Below are positions 33,850 to 43,989 of a stretch of 49,316 bases of DNA, in pieces. Source of the stretch: Acutalibacteraceae bacterium. Its GTDB lineage: Bacteria; Bacillota; Clostridia; Oscillospirales; Acutalibacteraceae. The notes beneath the pieces are model-generated. The model was not told the DNA's origin. It saw only the letters and a list, made by a program, of their open reading frames with translations, and did not search any database. Positions within the stretch are counted from its first letter, which is position 1. Each line of letters opens with the position of its first letter. The stretch lies in contig JAZPXP010000035.1 in assembly GCA_045543715.1 (NCBI GenBank), forward strand, positions 1-49,316, read 5' to 3'. Made by a program: the position numbers and the translations under genes.

Positions 33850-35120
33850 TTTATTACTCCCTTTTCGAGCATTTTTTGAGCGGCTAAAAGAACGCCCGCC
33901 TTGGCGCTATGGAAATTAAGACCGCCCTGCATCCAAGCGGCATAAGGCTCTCTTAAAGGTCCGTCTGCCGAAAGCTCAATGGAAGCCCCCAAGGTAAATG
34001 CACCCGCCGCCATTATAACGGGGTCGGTGTATCCGGGCATATCCCAAGGCTCTGGAATTACAAAGGAATCAACAGGCGCTCCGCTTTGCATTCCCTGACA
34101 GAATGATATAAGACCGTCAGCCGAGCCCAATATAACGCACTGAATAATATCTCCTCTTTTTTCAAGCGGTTGAGGTGTTACTTGGAAGCCCAAGAGAGAA
34201 AAAAGAGCTGAGGTATAAACGGCGGTTTTCATAGCCTCGCCAACAACATGGGGAGCTGAGAAAAGTCCCATATAAAGCTCTCTGTTATGACCAAGGGTTG
34301 CTCCAACCTCTCTGCCAACGCCCGCACAGGTCATTCTTGCGGCGCATTTTTCGATAAGGTCGTGTCTGCCCGCAATATAACCGCCAGAGGGAGCAATTCC
34401 GCCGCCTGGGTTTTTAATGAGTGAGCCTGCTATAAGGTCTGCTCCAACATCACAAGGCTCCTTTGTTTCGGCAAACTCGCCGTAGCAGTTATCAACCATT
34501 ATAATACTCTCAGGGGATACCTCGCGGACAACTTTAACAAGCTCTTCAATATCAGAAATGGTAAGGCTCGGTCTTGTGCTGTAACCACGGGAACGCTGAA
34601 TATAAGCCATTTTATAAGTATCCTCAGATAACGCTTTTTTTATCTTCTCAATGTCGGGAGTGCCGTCATTTTTTAATGGCACCTCGCTATATTCAACGCC
34701 GAAATCAGCAAGAGAGCCGTCAACCTTTTCATCAATTCCAAAAACACCCGTTATAGTATCATAAGGTCTGCCGGTTATTGCAATAACCTTATCGCCGGGT
34801 CTTAAAACACCGAAAAGTGCAACTGATAAGGTATGGGTTCCTGAGGCGAAGCTATGGCGGATAAGCGCATCCTCAGCTCCCATACAGTCTGCCATAATTT
34901 TATCTAGAATATCTCTGCCTCTGTCATCATAACCGTAACCCGTTGAGCCCGAAAAAGATGCCTCGCTAACCCCGTTTTTAATGAACGAGGAAAGAACCTT
35001 AAGCTGGCAAAACTCGGTTATTTTATCGATTTCTTCAAATCTCTCTTTTGATAGAGCGAGTGCCTTTTTATCAAACTCTAAAAGGCGTTCATCAATATTA
35101 AAAAATTCTTTTATATTCAA
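33846..35120 (-). CDS. PLP-dependent methionine gamma-lyase-family protein (YnbB / aluminium-resistance-protein-like)
   Basis: 424 aa with an overall Cys/Met-metabolism PLP-enzyme-like layout, and an N-terminal ...ERFEEID.I.E..Q.KVL..F... typical of the YnbB family. Confidence 0.75.
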   Translation of the reverse strand: MNIKEFFNIDERLLEFDKKALALSKERFEEIDKITEFCQLKVLSSFIKNGVSEASFSGSTGYGYDDRGRDILDKIMADCMGAEDALIRHSFASGTHTLSVALFGVLRPGDKVIAITGRPYDTITGVFGIDEKVDGSLADFGVEYSEVPLKNDGTPDIEKIKKALSEDTYKMAYIQRSRGYSTRPSLTISDIEELVKVVREVSPESIIMVDNCYGEFAETKEPCDVGADLIAGSLIKNPGGGIAPSGGYIAGRHDLIEKCAARMTCAGVGREVGATLGHNRELYMGLFSAPHVVGEAMKTAVYTSALFSLLGFQVTPQPLEKRGDIIQCVILGSADGLISFCQGMQSGAPVDSFVIPEPWDMPGYTDPVIMAAGAFTLGASIELSADGPLREPYAAWMQGGLNFHSAKAGVLLAAQKMLEKGVIK

Positions 35121-35800
35121 TTATTTTTCACCCAATATCCTGCAAAATATAACGGAGTAAATCCGTTTTTTTCATAAAATCCTTTAATTTTTTCTCGGCA
35201 GCAAACCAAAAATTCTCTGCCCTTGTTTTTCTGCAAAACTGCCTTTAAAGCGATAGAACCATATCCTTTTTTATGGCTTGCAATTCCGTTCATAATGGCG
35301 GAATTTTGGCAAGAAAATGTGATAGCGGCGCAAGTGTCTTTCAAGGCAAAGTAATCGGCAGTTCCCATATTAAGCCGCTTGCAAAAATCAACCGCAAAAT
35401 AGGGGTATTCGGGAAGTGAAAGCCCATCGGTATCAAGAAGAGCATAAAGCTCTTTGCTTGATAAAGTGTCCCCCTTTGTTTCTCCCTCAAGGTCGGCTTT
35501 TCTCGACATAACATATATTTTTTCTTTAGGTGTTTTTCCTAAATTTTCAAGGGATTCAAGGTCGCTGAAAATGCAAACGGGGTTTATAACCTCTACAAAC
35601 TCTTTAAGCTCCTCAATATCTGCCGAAATGTTATGAATTATCATATTTGAATCACTAAGGCTTATAACAGCTTTTTCCTCATCCTGAACCCAAAAAAGCA
35701 CCCTGTCATCATTTTTATATGCTTCAAACAGACAGTTTATCTTAACACTTTCGGCGCTTTTTTCTGAAAGAGAAGGCAAAGAAGAAACTAAACTTATCAT
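35117..35800 (-). CDS. Hypothetical protein with a probable C-terminal GNAT-like acetyltransferase fold
   Basis: 227 aa. The C-terminal ...GIASHKKGYGSIAL....FYEKNGF resembles a GNAT acetyl-CoA binding segment. The N-terminal half is unassigned. Confidence 0.4.
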   Translation of the reverse strand: MISLVSSLPSLSEKSAESVKINCLFEAYKNDDRVLFWVQDEEKAVISLSDSNMIIHNISADIEELKEFVEVINPVCIFSDLESLENLGKTPKEKIYVMSRKADLEGETKGDTLSSKELYALLDTDGLSLPEYPYFAVDFCKRLNMGTADYFALKDTCAAITFSCQNSAIMNGIASHKKGYGSIALKAVLQKNKGREFLVCCREKIKGFYEKNGFTPLYFAGYWVKNN

Positions 35801-36807
35801 TTTGCTTCTCCGCTTAAAATTTTATCCATCATATATTCGCAAAGAGACTTTGCATTTTTTATATCATCAGTATTTGCAACTGAGCAAGAGGAATGGATAT
35901 ATCGGCAGGGAACAGAGATGGCAATAGTTTTAACCCCTTTTCCCGTTAAATGAATAGCGCCAGCATTGTTGCCGCCCGAAACCTTGGCTTTAACCTGACA
36001 TTTAATACCGCTTTTTAAAGCCTCATCAAAATATGGGCGGTAGTAGAGGGTGGAATTATCCATAAAACTGATGGCAGCGCCCTCTCCTAAAGAGCAAACC
36101 TTTTGGTCTGAGGGGGTATCGCTAATATCAAGGGCGGTTGTGCCCTCTAAAATTATAGCACTGACAGGCATTACCTGAAAAGCGGCAGTTTTAGCACCTC
36201 TAAGTCCTAATTCCTCCTGCACCGAGAAGGAAGCATAAAAATCATACTCGGCGTCTTGCTTTAATAGCCAAACAAGTATAGCGCAACCAATTCTATCGTC
36301 AAGCGCTTTTGAGAGAATGGTATCTCCCGAAACAGTCCATTCGCTTTCTAAAACACCGAAATCTCCAAGGGAAACAAATCTTAAAGCCTCTTCCTTTGAG
36401 GATGCGCCGATATCAATATAAAGGCTATCCTCTTTGGGAAGTTTTTCCTTTTCGCCCTTTTCGAGCAAATGAACAGGCTTGCCCGAAATTACGCCGTGCA
36501 AAGAACCATTTATTAAAACATTTCTGAACATAAGGGCAGAAATATTCATACCGCCAACAGTTTTAAATCTCAAAAAACCGTCATTAGTAACGGCAGAAAT
36601 GATAACCCCAACCTCGTCCATGTGAGCGTCTATAAGCAGTTTGCTTTGGGGTGTTTTCTTGCCCTTTTTAAAGGCGATTATATTGCCGAGATTATCGGTT
36701 TTCCATTCGCAAAAGCCATCTATCTCGGAAATTATAATATCCCTTATTCTTTCTTCGTTTCCCGAGGCGCCATCGCTCTCGCAGAGGCGTTTTAACAAAT
36801 CAAGCAT
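35797..36807 (-). CDS. M42-family metallo-aminopeptidase (YsdC/FrvX-like), paralog 2
   Basis: N-terminal ...GASGNEE..., an ...DAHMDEVG... metal-ligand motif, and ...QEELGLRGA.... Confidence 0.85.
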   Translation of the reverse strand: MLDLLKRLCESDGASGNEERIRDIIISEIDGFCEWKTDNLGNIIAFKKGKKTPQSKLLIDAHMDEVGVIISAVTNDGFLRFKTVGGMNISALMFRNVLINGSLHGVISGKPVHLLEKGEKEKLPKEDSLYIDIGASSKEEALRFVSLGDFGVLESEWTVSGDTILSKALDDRIGCAILVWLLKQDAEYDFYASFSVQEELGLRGAKTAAFQVMPVSAIILEGTTALDISDTPSDQKVCSLGEGAAISFMDNSTLYYRPYFDEALKSGIKCQVKAKVSGGNNAGAIHLTGKGVKTIAISVPCRYIHSSCSVANTDDIKNAKSLCEYMMDKILSGEAK

Positions 36808-37813
36808 TTAAAACACCTCCCGAAAGAATATATCTTTCTATTAAATCGCAAACCGAATTTAAATCGTTAAGGTTTAAAATTTCGCAGTCGGTATGCATAT
36901 TGCGAAGAGGAATAGAAACGGTCGCGGTTTTAACTCCCTTGCCCGATACCGATACCATATCGGCATTTGTTCCTGAATTTCTGCCCATAACTTCTTCAGA
37001 ATAGGGAATGTTATTTCCTTTTGCAATGTTTCTTAGTTTCTTGGAAACAGAACTGCAAAAGGCAGGGGAAAAACCGAGCATAGCGCCGCCTCCAAGCTTT
37101 CCGCAGTCCTGAGGGTTTATTCCAAGTCCGTCCCCAAAGGTAACATCAACAACTATTGCTTCATCTGGCTCCATTTCGAAACAAGCGGGGCGAATACCTC
37201 TTAGCCCCAATTCCTCGCCATCGCTTAAAACAAATCCAACCGAAATAGGAAGCTTTTTGCCCGAAAGCCTTTTTGCAAGCTCTAAAAGGCAGGCAACAGA
37301 GGCTCTGTTATCAAAGCTTCTGCCCGAAACAATATCGCCCGATAAAACTCGAGGCTTAGTTTTAAAGGTTACAAAATCCCCAAGGGAGATAACCTCTTTA
37401 GCCTTTTTGCCTAGCAAACTGTCGAGCTTTATTTTTGAAATATCATTATATTTTTCCTCGTCAGAGGATAAATGAGGAGGGATACTTGCAAAAACAGCGG
37501 TGATTTTTTCCTTCCCGTGAACAGTAACCGCTCTGGGAGATAGGGCGCGAATATCAATTCCGCCAGCATTCGAAACGGTTAAAAAGCCGTTATCATCAAT
37601 ATCGGTAACAACCATCGCAATCTGGTCGATATGAGCGTCAAGCATAATGGTATAATCACTCTCGCCCTTGATTTTGCCGATAATATTTAAATTGCTTTGT
37701 CTTTTAACAGGCATATATTTTGAGAGCTCTTTTTCGGCAAAATCGGCGGCATCGCTGATATTACCTACAGCATCTCTGCTTGAAAGTTCGAATAAAAGTT
37801 CTTTAATTTCCAT
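36800..37813 (-). CDS. M42-family metallo-aminopeptidase (YsdC/FrvX-like), paralog 1
   Basis: ...DAHIDQIA..., ...DNRASV... and ...GEELGLRG... motifs, the same length class as the downstream paralog. Confidence 0.85.
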   Translation of the reverse strand: MEIKELLFELSSRDAVGNISDAADFAEKELSKYMPVKRQSNLNIIGKIKGESDYTIMLDAHIDQIAMVVTDIDDNGFLTVSNAGGIDIRALSPRAVTVHGKEKITAVFASIPPHLSSDEEKYNDISKIKLDSLLGKKAKEVISLGDFVTFKTKPRVLSGDIVSGRSFDNRASVACLLELAKRLSGKKLPISVGFVLSDGEELGLRGIRPACFEMEPDEAIVVDVTFGDGLGINPQDCGKLGGGAMLGFSPAFCSSVSKKLRNIAKGNNIPYSEEVMGRNSGTNADMVSVSGKGVKTATVSIPLRNMHTDCEILNLNDLNSVCDLIERYILSGGVLNA

Positions 37814-39192
37814 TAAAGTTTGTTCACCAATTCTTTAAAATGATTTCCTCTTGCCATAAAGTTCGGATACTTATCGAAGCTTGCGCAAGCAGGACTAAGT
37901 GTTACAATATCGCCCTTCTTAGCATTTTTATGAGCCTTGTTTACAGCGTCCTCAATATTTTCGCAATGGATAATCTCGGGAGTTCCCTTATAATCAAGGC
38001 TCGCTCTGACTGCATCTTCAATCTTTTCGGCGGTATTTCCGCAAAGATAAAGCTTTTCGACCTTTTCCAAGATATAAGGCACCATTGGCTCAAAGGGGAT
38101 ATGCTTATCATATCCGCCGGCGATCAGATGCACCTTCTGGTTGAAGGCTTTAAGACCTGCTATAGTTCTTGTCGGCGAAGAGGCGATGGAATCGTTATAA
38201 TATTTAACCCCCTCAACCTCTTTAACAAATTCAATTCTATGCTCAACGCCTTTAAATTCTTTAGCAACCTTTTTAATAGTGTCAACCCCAACATAACCCC
38301 AAACTGCCGCAATGGCGGTTAAGTAGTTGGCAACATTATGGTCGCCCAAAATAGTTATATCCTTTTTATGCATAACCGGAACATCAATGCCTCTGTATGC
38401 CATGTGAAGATAACCTTTGCTATCAAGCCAAGCGCCGTTATGAAGCTGACGCTCCATACTAAAGCCTAAGGACTGACCTCTGACAAATTGTCTGAAAGAC
38501 TCGGTTATATCGTTATCTCTGTTTAAAACAGTGCGCGAAAAGGCGTTTTGATGGAGAATAACATTTTTCTTTGCCTCAACATATTCGTCCATACTTTTAT
38601 GAACATCAAGATGATTTGGGGCAACATTGGTAACAACCGCAACATCGGGACTCTTTCTCATAGAAATAAGCTGGAAAGAGGAAAGCTCAGCAACAACAAA
38701 GTCCTCAGCGTTTATATTTTCTATTTCGGGAAGCAAGGGCTTGCCTATGTTTCCGCCAACGAAAACCTTTTTGCCCTCAGCTTCGAGCATTTTGGCAATA
38801 AGGGTTGTTGTTGTGGTTTTACCGTCCGAGCCGGTAATTGCAAAAACGGTTGCAGGGCATAAATCGAAGAAAACCTCCATTTCGCTTGTAACCGCAATAC
38901 CCTTTTTTCTTGCGGCCTCAAGCTCGGGAAGATTAAAATTCATACCGGGGGTGCGGAAGATGATATCAACCTCTAAATTATCGAGGTAACCCTCCCCCAA
39001 GCAAAGCTCGGCGCCTGCCTCTTCAATCTGGTCGGCAATAGGGCCTATAAGCTCTCTGGAACGGCGGTCGCAGGCATAAACTTTTGCGCCCTTTGAGAGA
39101 AAATCAAGAATGAGCGGAGTGTTGGAAATTCCAATTCCGCACATAGCAATTTTTTTGCCGTTTATTTGTTCGAAAAACTTTTTGCAATCCAC
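37813..39192 (-). CDS. murD: UDP-N-acetylmuramoyl-L-alanine--D-glutamate ligase
   Basis: P-loop GSDGKTTTT with a Mur-ligase three-domain length of 459 aa. GTG start preceded by AAGGGGG. Confidence 0.92.
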   Translation of the reverse strand: MDCKKFFEQINGKKIAMCGIGISNTPLILDFLSKGAKVYACDRRSRELIGPIADQIEEAGAELCLGEGYLDNLEVDIIFRTPGMNFNLPELEAARKKGIAVTSEMEVFFDLCPATVFAITGSDGKTTTTTLIAKMLEAEGKKVFVGGNIGKPLLPEIENINAEDFVVAELSSFQLISMRKSPDVAVVTNVAPNHLDVHKSMDEYVEAKKNVILHQNAFSRTVLNRDNDITESFRQFVRGQSLGFSMERQLHNGAWLDSKGYLHMAYRGIDVPVMHKKDITILGDHNVANYLTAIAAVWGYVGVDTIKKVAKEFKGVEHRIEFVKEVEGVKYYNDSIASSPTRTIAGLKAFNQKVHLIAGGYDKHIPFEPMVPYILEKVEKLYLCGNTAEKIEDAVRASLDYKGTPEIIHCENIEDAVNKAHKNAKKGDIVTLSPACASFDKYPNFMARGNHFKELVNKL

Positions 39193-39222
39193 AAAAAAGC
39201 CCCCTTATACTTATCTACATAT

Positions 39223-39251
39223 ATTATACTTAATTAAATGGAAAATATCAA
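39223..39251 (-). promoter_or_regulatory. sigma-A promoter for murD, TTGATA-17 nt-TATAAT
   Basis: On the minus strand the -35 is the complement of 39246-39251 and the -10 is the complement of 39223-39228, with an exact 17-nt spacer. Confidence 0.55.
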
Positions 39252-39258
39252 CAATAAA

Positions 39259-41292
39259 CTACATAACCGAGCGGAAATAAAGTCCACGTGTATATTTAAA
39301 GGAACAAGGGGCGCCCGTTTTATAGTTATTTATGATTTTTTGAGTCTCTTGTTTGCTTTCCCTTGTGAAATAAAGGATATAAAAATCAAAGCCCTCTAAA
39401 GCCTCTTTTTTATCTGCAAGATAAATCGGCACAGAGTTTAAAAGTTCGCTGAAACCCTCTCTGCAACGAACAGGAAATTCTATCCCCATTCTATCCTTCA
39501 AAACACCTTTTTTATCGCATTCGGCACAAGTTCTGCCGTTTCTTATCGGGCAGTTTTTGAAAAGCATAAGAGGGATATTTCCGTATGCGATAAATCCCTT
39601 TTTTAAACCGCTTATATTTTTGCTTTCTGAGATACTAAGCTCTGGGGATACAACCGCACCCTTTAATCCAAAGTCGGAAATAAGAGAAAGGCTTTCGCTG
39701 TTTGTTATGTTAAGAGAATAATCTGCTATAGCCTCAAGCCCTGCTTCCTGTATGACTGAAATCAGTGCAATATTGGGGCAAAGAGCCTTTTTAAAGCCAT
39801 TTTCTTTTGCCTTTTTGAGCCTTTCGAGGATTTTTTCTTCACTTTTTATCCCTCTTGGAATATCAATGATAAGCTCGCCGTTAAATTGTGTTTTCTTGGC
39901 ATTTTCCAAAGGCAAAATGATACCTTTAACACCCTCTAAATCATCGGGAATTTGGTCTATGTTTTCAAATCTCGCATAGATTTCAGGAGCATTATTTTGG
40001 TTTACATAATCTTTTTTGAGACTGTATTCAGCGGTGCAGTTCCTATCGGTTTTTGCCCTTAATTTATTTAGCTCTTCAACCGCATTTCTGCGAAGAGAAT
40101 TTAGGTCCTTTGCCGAAACGAAAAGCCCTTCATCAAACTTTAAACCGCCCCCTATTGCATAGTAAGGGGTTGAGCCGAGCTTTGATAAACTTTTAAGTGT
40201 ATCATCGGGGTTTAATGCCTTGTTTTGTGCCTTTTCGGGAACAGAACCTTTAACTGTTACAGTGTTTTTTTCATCATCGCAAATAGTAAGGCTTATCGGC
40301 TTATCCTTTAAAATTTCGGCTTTTATATCAACAGCAACACTCTGCCTTTCGGCACGGTATAGCGAATGAAGATAAGGATATGCCTTGTTTGCCGACAAAA
40401 CATCGTCCCGTGTTCTGATGCCGAACATATCCTTGCCTAAATTATCTGTATAATAACCGTCCGTAAAGCCCGAACGGGAAAAGACATCTTTTAGAGTTTC
40501 AAGAAGCTCCTCGTCTCTTTTTCCCTCAAGGGCTGCTTTGCAAGCGGCTGTTGCAGCAGCAACATATTCATCTCTCTTCATTCTGCCCTCGATTTTAAAG
40601 GAAGAAACACCCATATTTTTAAGCTCTTCGATATAATCCACTAAGGATAAATCTTTTAGACTCAAATCATATCCTGTTCCGCACTCGGCTTTAAAGGGAA
40701 GTCTGCAAGGACCTGCACAAAGCCCTCTGTTTCCGCTTCTCGAGCCTAAAAAGGCTGAGAGCAAGCATTGTCCCGAAAGGCACATACATAAAGCACCGTG
40801 GACAAAAACTTCAACCTTAATTCCAAGCTCTTTTGCCTTTTCGCAAAATGCGGCAATTTGAGCTTTACTCATTTCACGGGCAAGCACAACCTGCTTGAAG
40901 CCTAATTTTTTAAGGGGTATCAAAGCCGATGGTGAATGGACTGACATTTGAGTTGAAGCATGAAGCTCAAGTTCAGGAATATTCTCGCTTAAAATTTTAG
41001 CAAGACCTAAGTCCTGAATAATAATTCCGTCAATTCCCGAAGTATATGCAAATTTTGCCAAGTTAAAAGCATTCTGCAGTTCATCTTCTTTAATAAGAAT
41101 ATTAAGGGTAAGGTAAACCCTCACCCCTCTGATATGACAGTATTCTATTGCGGATTTAAGTTCTTCTTTTGAGAAGTTTTCGGCGTTTCTGCGGGCGGAA
41201 AAATCCTTGAGTCCTAAATATACCGCATCGGCACCGCTCCTCACCGCTGCCTCAAGCATTGAAAAATTGCCAACGGGGGATAGAATTTCCAT
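39259..41292 (-). CDS. U32-family peptidase-like protein (long form with C-terminal extension)
   Basis: N-terminal ...GADAVY.G...FSAR..A.NF... and ...E.FVHGA.C...SG.C.LS motifs typical of peptidase U32, 677 aa. Confidence 0.85.
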   Translation of the reverse strand: MEILSPVGNFSMLEAAVRSGADAVYLGLKDFSARRNAENFSKEELKSAIEYCHIRGVRVYLTLNILIKEDELQNAFNLAKFAYTSGIDGIIIQDLGLAKILSENIPELELHASTQMSVHSPSALIPLKKLGFKQVVLAREMSKAQIAAFCEKAKELGIKVEVFVHGALCMCLSGQCLLSAFLGSRSGNRGLCAGPCRLPFKAECGTGYDLSLKDLSLVDYIEELKNMGVSSFKIEGRMKRDEYVAAATAACKAALEGKRDEELLETLKDVFSRSGFTDGYYTDNLGKDMFGIRTRDDVLSANKAYPYLHSLYRAERQSVAVDIKAEILKDKPISLTICDDEKNTVTVKGSVPEKAQNKALNPDDTLKSLSKLGSTPYYAIGGGLKFDEGLFVSAKDLNSLRRNAVEELNKLRAKTDRNCTAEYSLKKDYVNQNNAPEIYARFENIDQIPDDLEGVKGIILPLENAKKTQFNGELIIDIPRGIKSEEKILERLKKAKENGFKKALCPNIALISVIQEAGLEAIADYSLNITNSESLSLISDFGLKGAVVSPELSISESKNISGLKKGFIAYGNIPLMLFKNCPIRNGRTCAECDKKGVLKDRMGIEFPVRCREGFSELLNSVPIYLADKKEALEGFDFYILYFTRESKQETQKIINNYKTGAPCSFKYTRGLYFRSVM

Positions 41293-41293
41293 T

Positions 41294-42580
41294 TTAAATT
41301 AACTCTCCTGTCAGTATTTCTCCGTCAAGCTCTTTTATAAGGCAAGAACGGTATTTGCCGCATAAATTTTCGGTTGACATAACACGCACTCTTGAATAGT
41401 TTTTAGTATAGCCCTCAAAATAGCCATTTTCCTCGGTTTCAAACAAAACCTCTTGCGGTTGACCGATAAGGGAGGATAAGAATTTTTCCTCGCTTTTTTT
41501 GCAAGTCTCGGCAAGCATTAGGCTTCGGCGGTGCTTTTCTGCCTTTGCGACCTGATTTGGCATATTGAAGGCAAAGGTGCCCTCTCTTCTCGAATAGCAG
41601 AATATATGAGCCTTAGCAAAACCGATTTCTTCGGCGAAGGCAAGACTTTCTTTAAAATCTTGTTCTGTTTCACCTGCAAAACCAACCATAATATCGGTTG
41701 TAATAGCAGAATCGGGGAAGATTTTTCTGATTCTTAGCACCAAATCTCTGTAAAAGGCGGTATCATACTTTCGGTTCATAGCCTTAAGGGTTCTATCGCA
41801 ACCAGACTGAAGAGATAAATGGAATTGCGGACAAAACTTTTCTTGCATTTTAAATCTTAAAAGCATATCATCGCTTATATGGTCGGGCTCAAGAGAACCA
41901 AGACGCACCCTTTTTATTCCCTCAACCTCGGCTACTGCCTCAACCGCATCGCAAAGGTTGATATCCTCGCCCTTGCCGTAAGAGGTGAGGTTAATTCCAA
42001 CCAAAACTATCTCTGAAAAGCCGTTTTCGGCTAAGGCTTTAGCCTCTTTTCTAATCTCGTCAAGGGGTTTTGAGCGAACAAAACCACGGGCAAAGGGAAT
42101 TATACAATAGGTGCAGTACCTCTCGCAACCGTCCTCTATCTTCATATAAGCCCTTGTTCTTTCGGCAAAGCTTGAAAGAGAGGGAGTATTAAAGTCTTCG
42201 TTTCTAAGATGGGGACAAACCTCGAAAAAGCGTTTCTTATTCTTTAAAAATTCGATAGTTTTTTCAACTGTTTTCTTAACATCGGTGTTGCCGATAACAA
42301 TATCGGCATCTAAAAAGTTCTCTGCCTCTTTCGGAAATGCTTGGACCATACAGCCTGTCAGCACAATAACGGCATCGGGGTTTTGCCTTCTTATTCTATG
42401 AAGAATTTGGCGGGTTTTTCTATCGCTCTCTGCCGTAACGGTACAGGAATTTATAACCGCAACATCAAACGGCTCGCCCTCATTCGCAATATCAAACTTT
42501 TCTTTTTTAAATTCCTCTCGCATAACCTCGGTTTCATACTGATTAACCTTGCAGCCGAGAGTATAAAAATAAACCTTCAT
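41294..42580 (-). CDS. mtaB: Radical-SAM methylthiotransferase MtaB (tRNA ms2t6A)
   Basis: N-terminal TLGCKVNQYE, a radical-SAM CxxxCxxC (CERYCTYC) and a TRAM-like C-terminus. The start is set at MKVYFYTLGC, and the track ORF extends 20 codons upstream from a TTG. Confidence 0.85.
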   Translation of the reverse strand: MKVYFYTLGCKVNQYETEVMREEFKKEKFDIANEGEPFDVAVINSCTVTAESDRKTRQILHRIRRQNPDAVIVLTGCMVQAFPKEAENFLDADIVIGNTDVKKTVEKTIEFLKNKKRFFEVCPHLRNEDFNTPSLSSFAERTRAYMKIEDGCERYCTYCIIPFARGFVRSKPLDEIRKEAKALAENGFSEIVLVGINLTSYGKGEDINLCDAVEAVAEVEGIKRVRLGSLEPDHISDDMLLRFKMQEKFCPQFHLSLQSGCDRTLKAMNRKYDTAFYRDLVLRIRKIFPDSAITTDIMVGFAGETEQDFKESLAFAEEIGFAKAHIFCYSRREGTFAFNMPNQVAKAEKHRRSLMLAETCKKSEEKFLSSLIGQPQEVLFETEENGYFEGYTKNYSRVRVMSTENLCGKYRSCLIKELDGEILTGELI

Positions 42581-42695
42581 AAGCATTCCTTTTGAAAAAA
42601 TTGTTAAAACTATAATAACATTTCCAAAAACAATTTTCAAGTATATGTATAATATATAAAATAGATAGATTTTTAAATTTAGGGTTGGTTTTTGC

Positions 42696-42724
42696 TTGAC
42701 AACTCATAAGCCTTATGATAAAAT
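42696..42724 (+). promoter_or_regulatory. sigma-A promoter for the pyr genes, TTGACA-17 nt-TAAAAT (with TG at -15)
   Basis: TTGACA lies at 42696-42701 and TAAAAT at 42719-42724, about 30 nt upstream of the pyrC ATG. No PyrR-type attenuator hairpins fit in the short leader. Confidence 0.6.
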
Positions 42725-42754
42725 AACTAAGATAATTAGAAAGGCGGTTTCATA

Positions 42755-43987
42755 ATGAGAATTTCCCTCAAAAATGTTAATGTTTATAAGAACAAGGCAT
42801 TTTCCTTAGGGGAGTTTTTTTTTGATTTGAAAACCTCTGAAAATTCTAATATTGGTGCTATTGTTTCTAAATTTAATAATTGCTTTGTTTTTCCGGCCTT
42901 TTGTGATGTGCATGTTCATCTCAGGGAGCCGGGTTTTTCATATAAGGAGACTATTGAAAGCGGAACAAAGGCATCAGCCAAAGGCGGATATAGCGATGTT
43001 TTCTCTATGCCCAACCTAAACCCCGTTCCCGATAGCTATGAAAACCTAAAGGTTCAGCTCGAAATAATCGAAAGAGATGCCGTTATAAATGTTCACCCCT
43101 ATGCTTCGATAACAATAGGGCAAAAGGGAGAGGAGCTTTCTGATTTTGAGGCTTTAAGCAAAGATGCTATCGCTTTCTCGGATGACGGCAGGGGAGTTCA
43201 AAGCGAAGAAATGATGCTTGAGGCGATGAAAAAAGCCAAAAAGCTCGGCAAAATAATCGTGGCTCATTGCGAGGATAACAGTCTTTTAAGAGGCGGGTAT
43301 ATCCATGATGGCGAGTATGCCAAGAAAAACGGGCATAAGGGAATTTGCTCTGAAAGCGAATGGAAGCCGATAGAAAGAGATATTGCTCTAGCTCGAGAAA
43401 CGGGCTGTAAATACCATGTCTGCCATATATCAACAAAGGAAAGTGTTGAGCTGATAAGAAAAGCCAAGGCTGAGGGTGTTGATATAACCTGCGAAACCGC
43501 TCCCCATTATCTTGTTATGAATGATAATGATTTAAAGGAGGAGGGCAGATTTAAGATGAATCCGCCCATTCGCTCCGAGGAGGACAGGCTGGCTTTAATC
43601 GAGGGCATTAAGGACGGAACGATAGATATGATTGCAACCGACCATGCACCCCATTCACAAGAGGAAAAATCAAAAGGTCTCCAGAAGAGCCTTATGGGAG
43701 TTGTAGGCATTGAAACGGCTTTCCCTGTGCTTTACACTTTTCTTGTTAAAAAGGGAATTATAACCCTTGAAAAGCTCATAGAACTTATGAGTATAAACCC
43801 GAGGAAGAGGTTTAATCTTCCTGAAACTAAAGATTTCTGCGTTTTCGATTTAAACGAGGAATATGAAATAAAGCCGGATGAGTTTTTATCGAAGGGCAGG
43901 GCAACCCCCTTCTCTGACCAAAAGGTTTTCGGCAAATGTTTATTAACGGTAAAAGATAATAAAGCAGTATATTTAACGGAGGAATAA
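42755..43987 (+). CDS. pyrC: Dihydroorotase
   Basis: Metal-ligand motif DVHVHLREPG, ...ATDHAPH..., 410 aa. Confidence 0.9.
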   Translation: MRISLKNVNVYKNKAFSLGEFFFDLKTSENSNIGAIVSKFNNCFVFPAFCDVHVHLREPGFSYKETIESGTKASAKGGYSDVFSMPNLNPVPDSYENLKVQLEIIERDAVINVHPYASITIGQKGEELSDFEALSKDAIAFSDDGRGVQSEEMMLEAMKKAKKLGKIIVAHCEDNSLLRGGYIHDGEYAKKNGHKGICSESEWKPIERDIALARETGCKYHVCHISTKESVELIRKAKAEGVDITCETAPHYLVMNDNDLKEEGRFKMNPPIRSEEDRLALIEGIKDGTIDMIATDHAPHSQEEKSKGLQKSLMGVVGIETAFPVLYTFLVKKGIITLEKLIELMSINPRKRFNLPETKDFCVFDLNEEYEIKPDEFLSKGRATPFSDQKVFGKCLLTVKDNKAVYLTEE

Positions 43988-43989
43988 AA

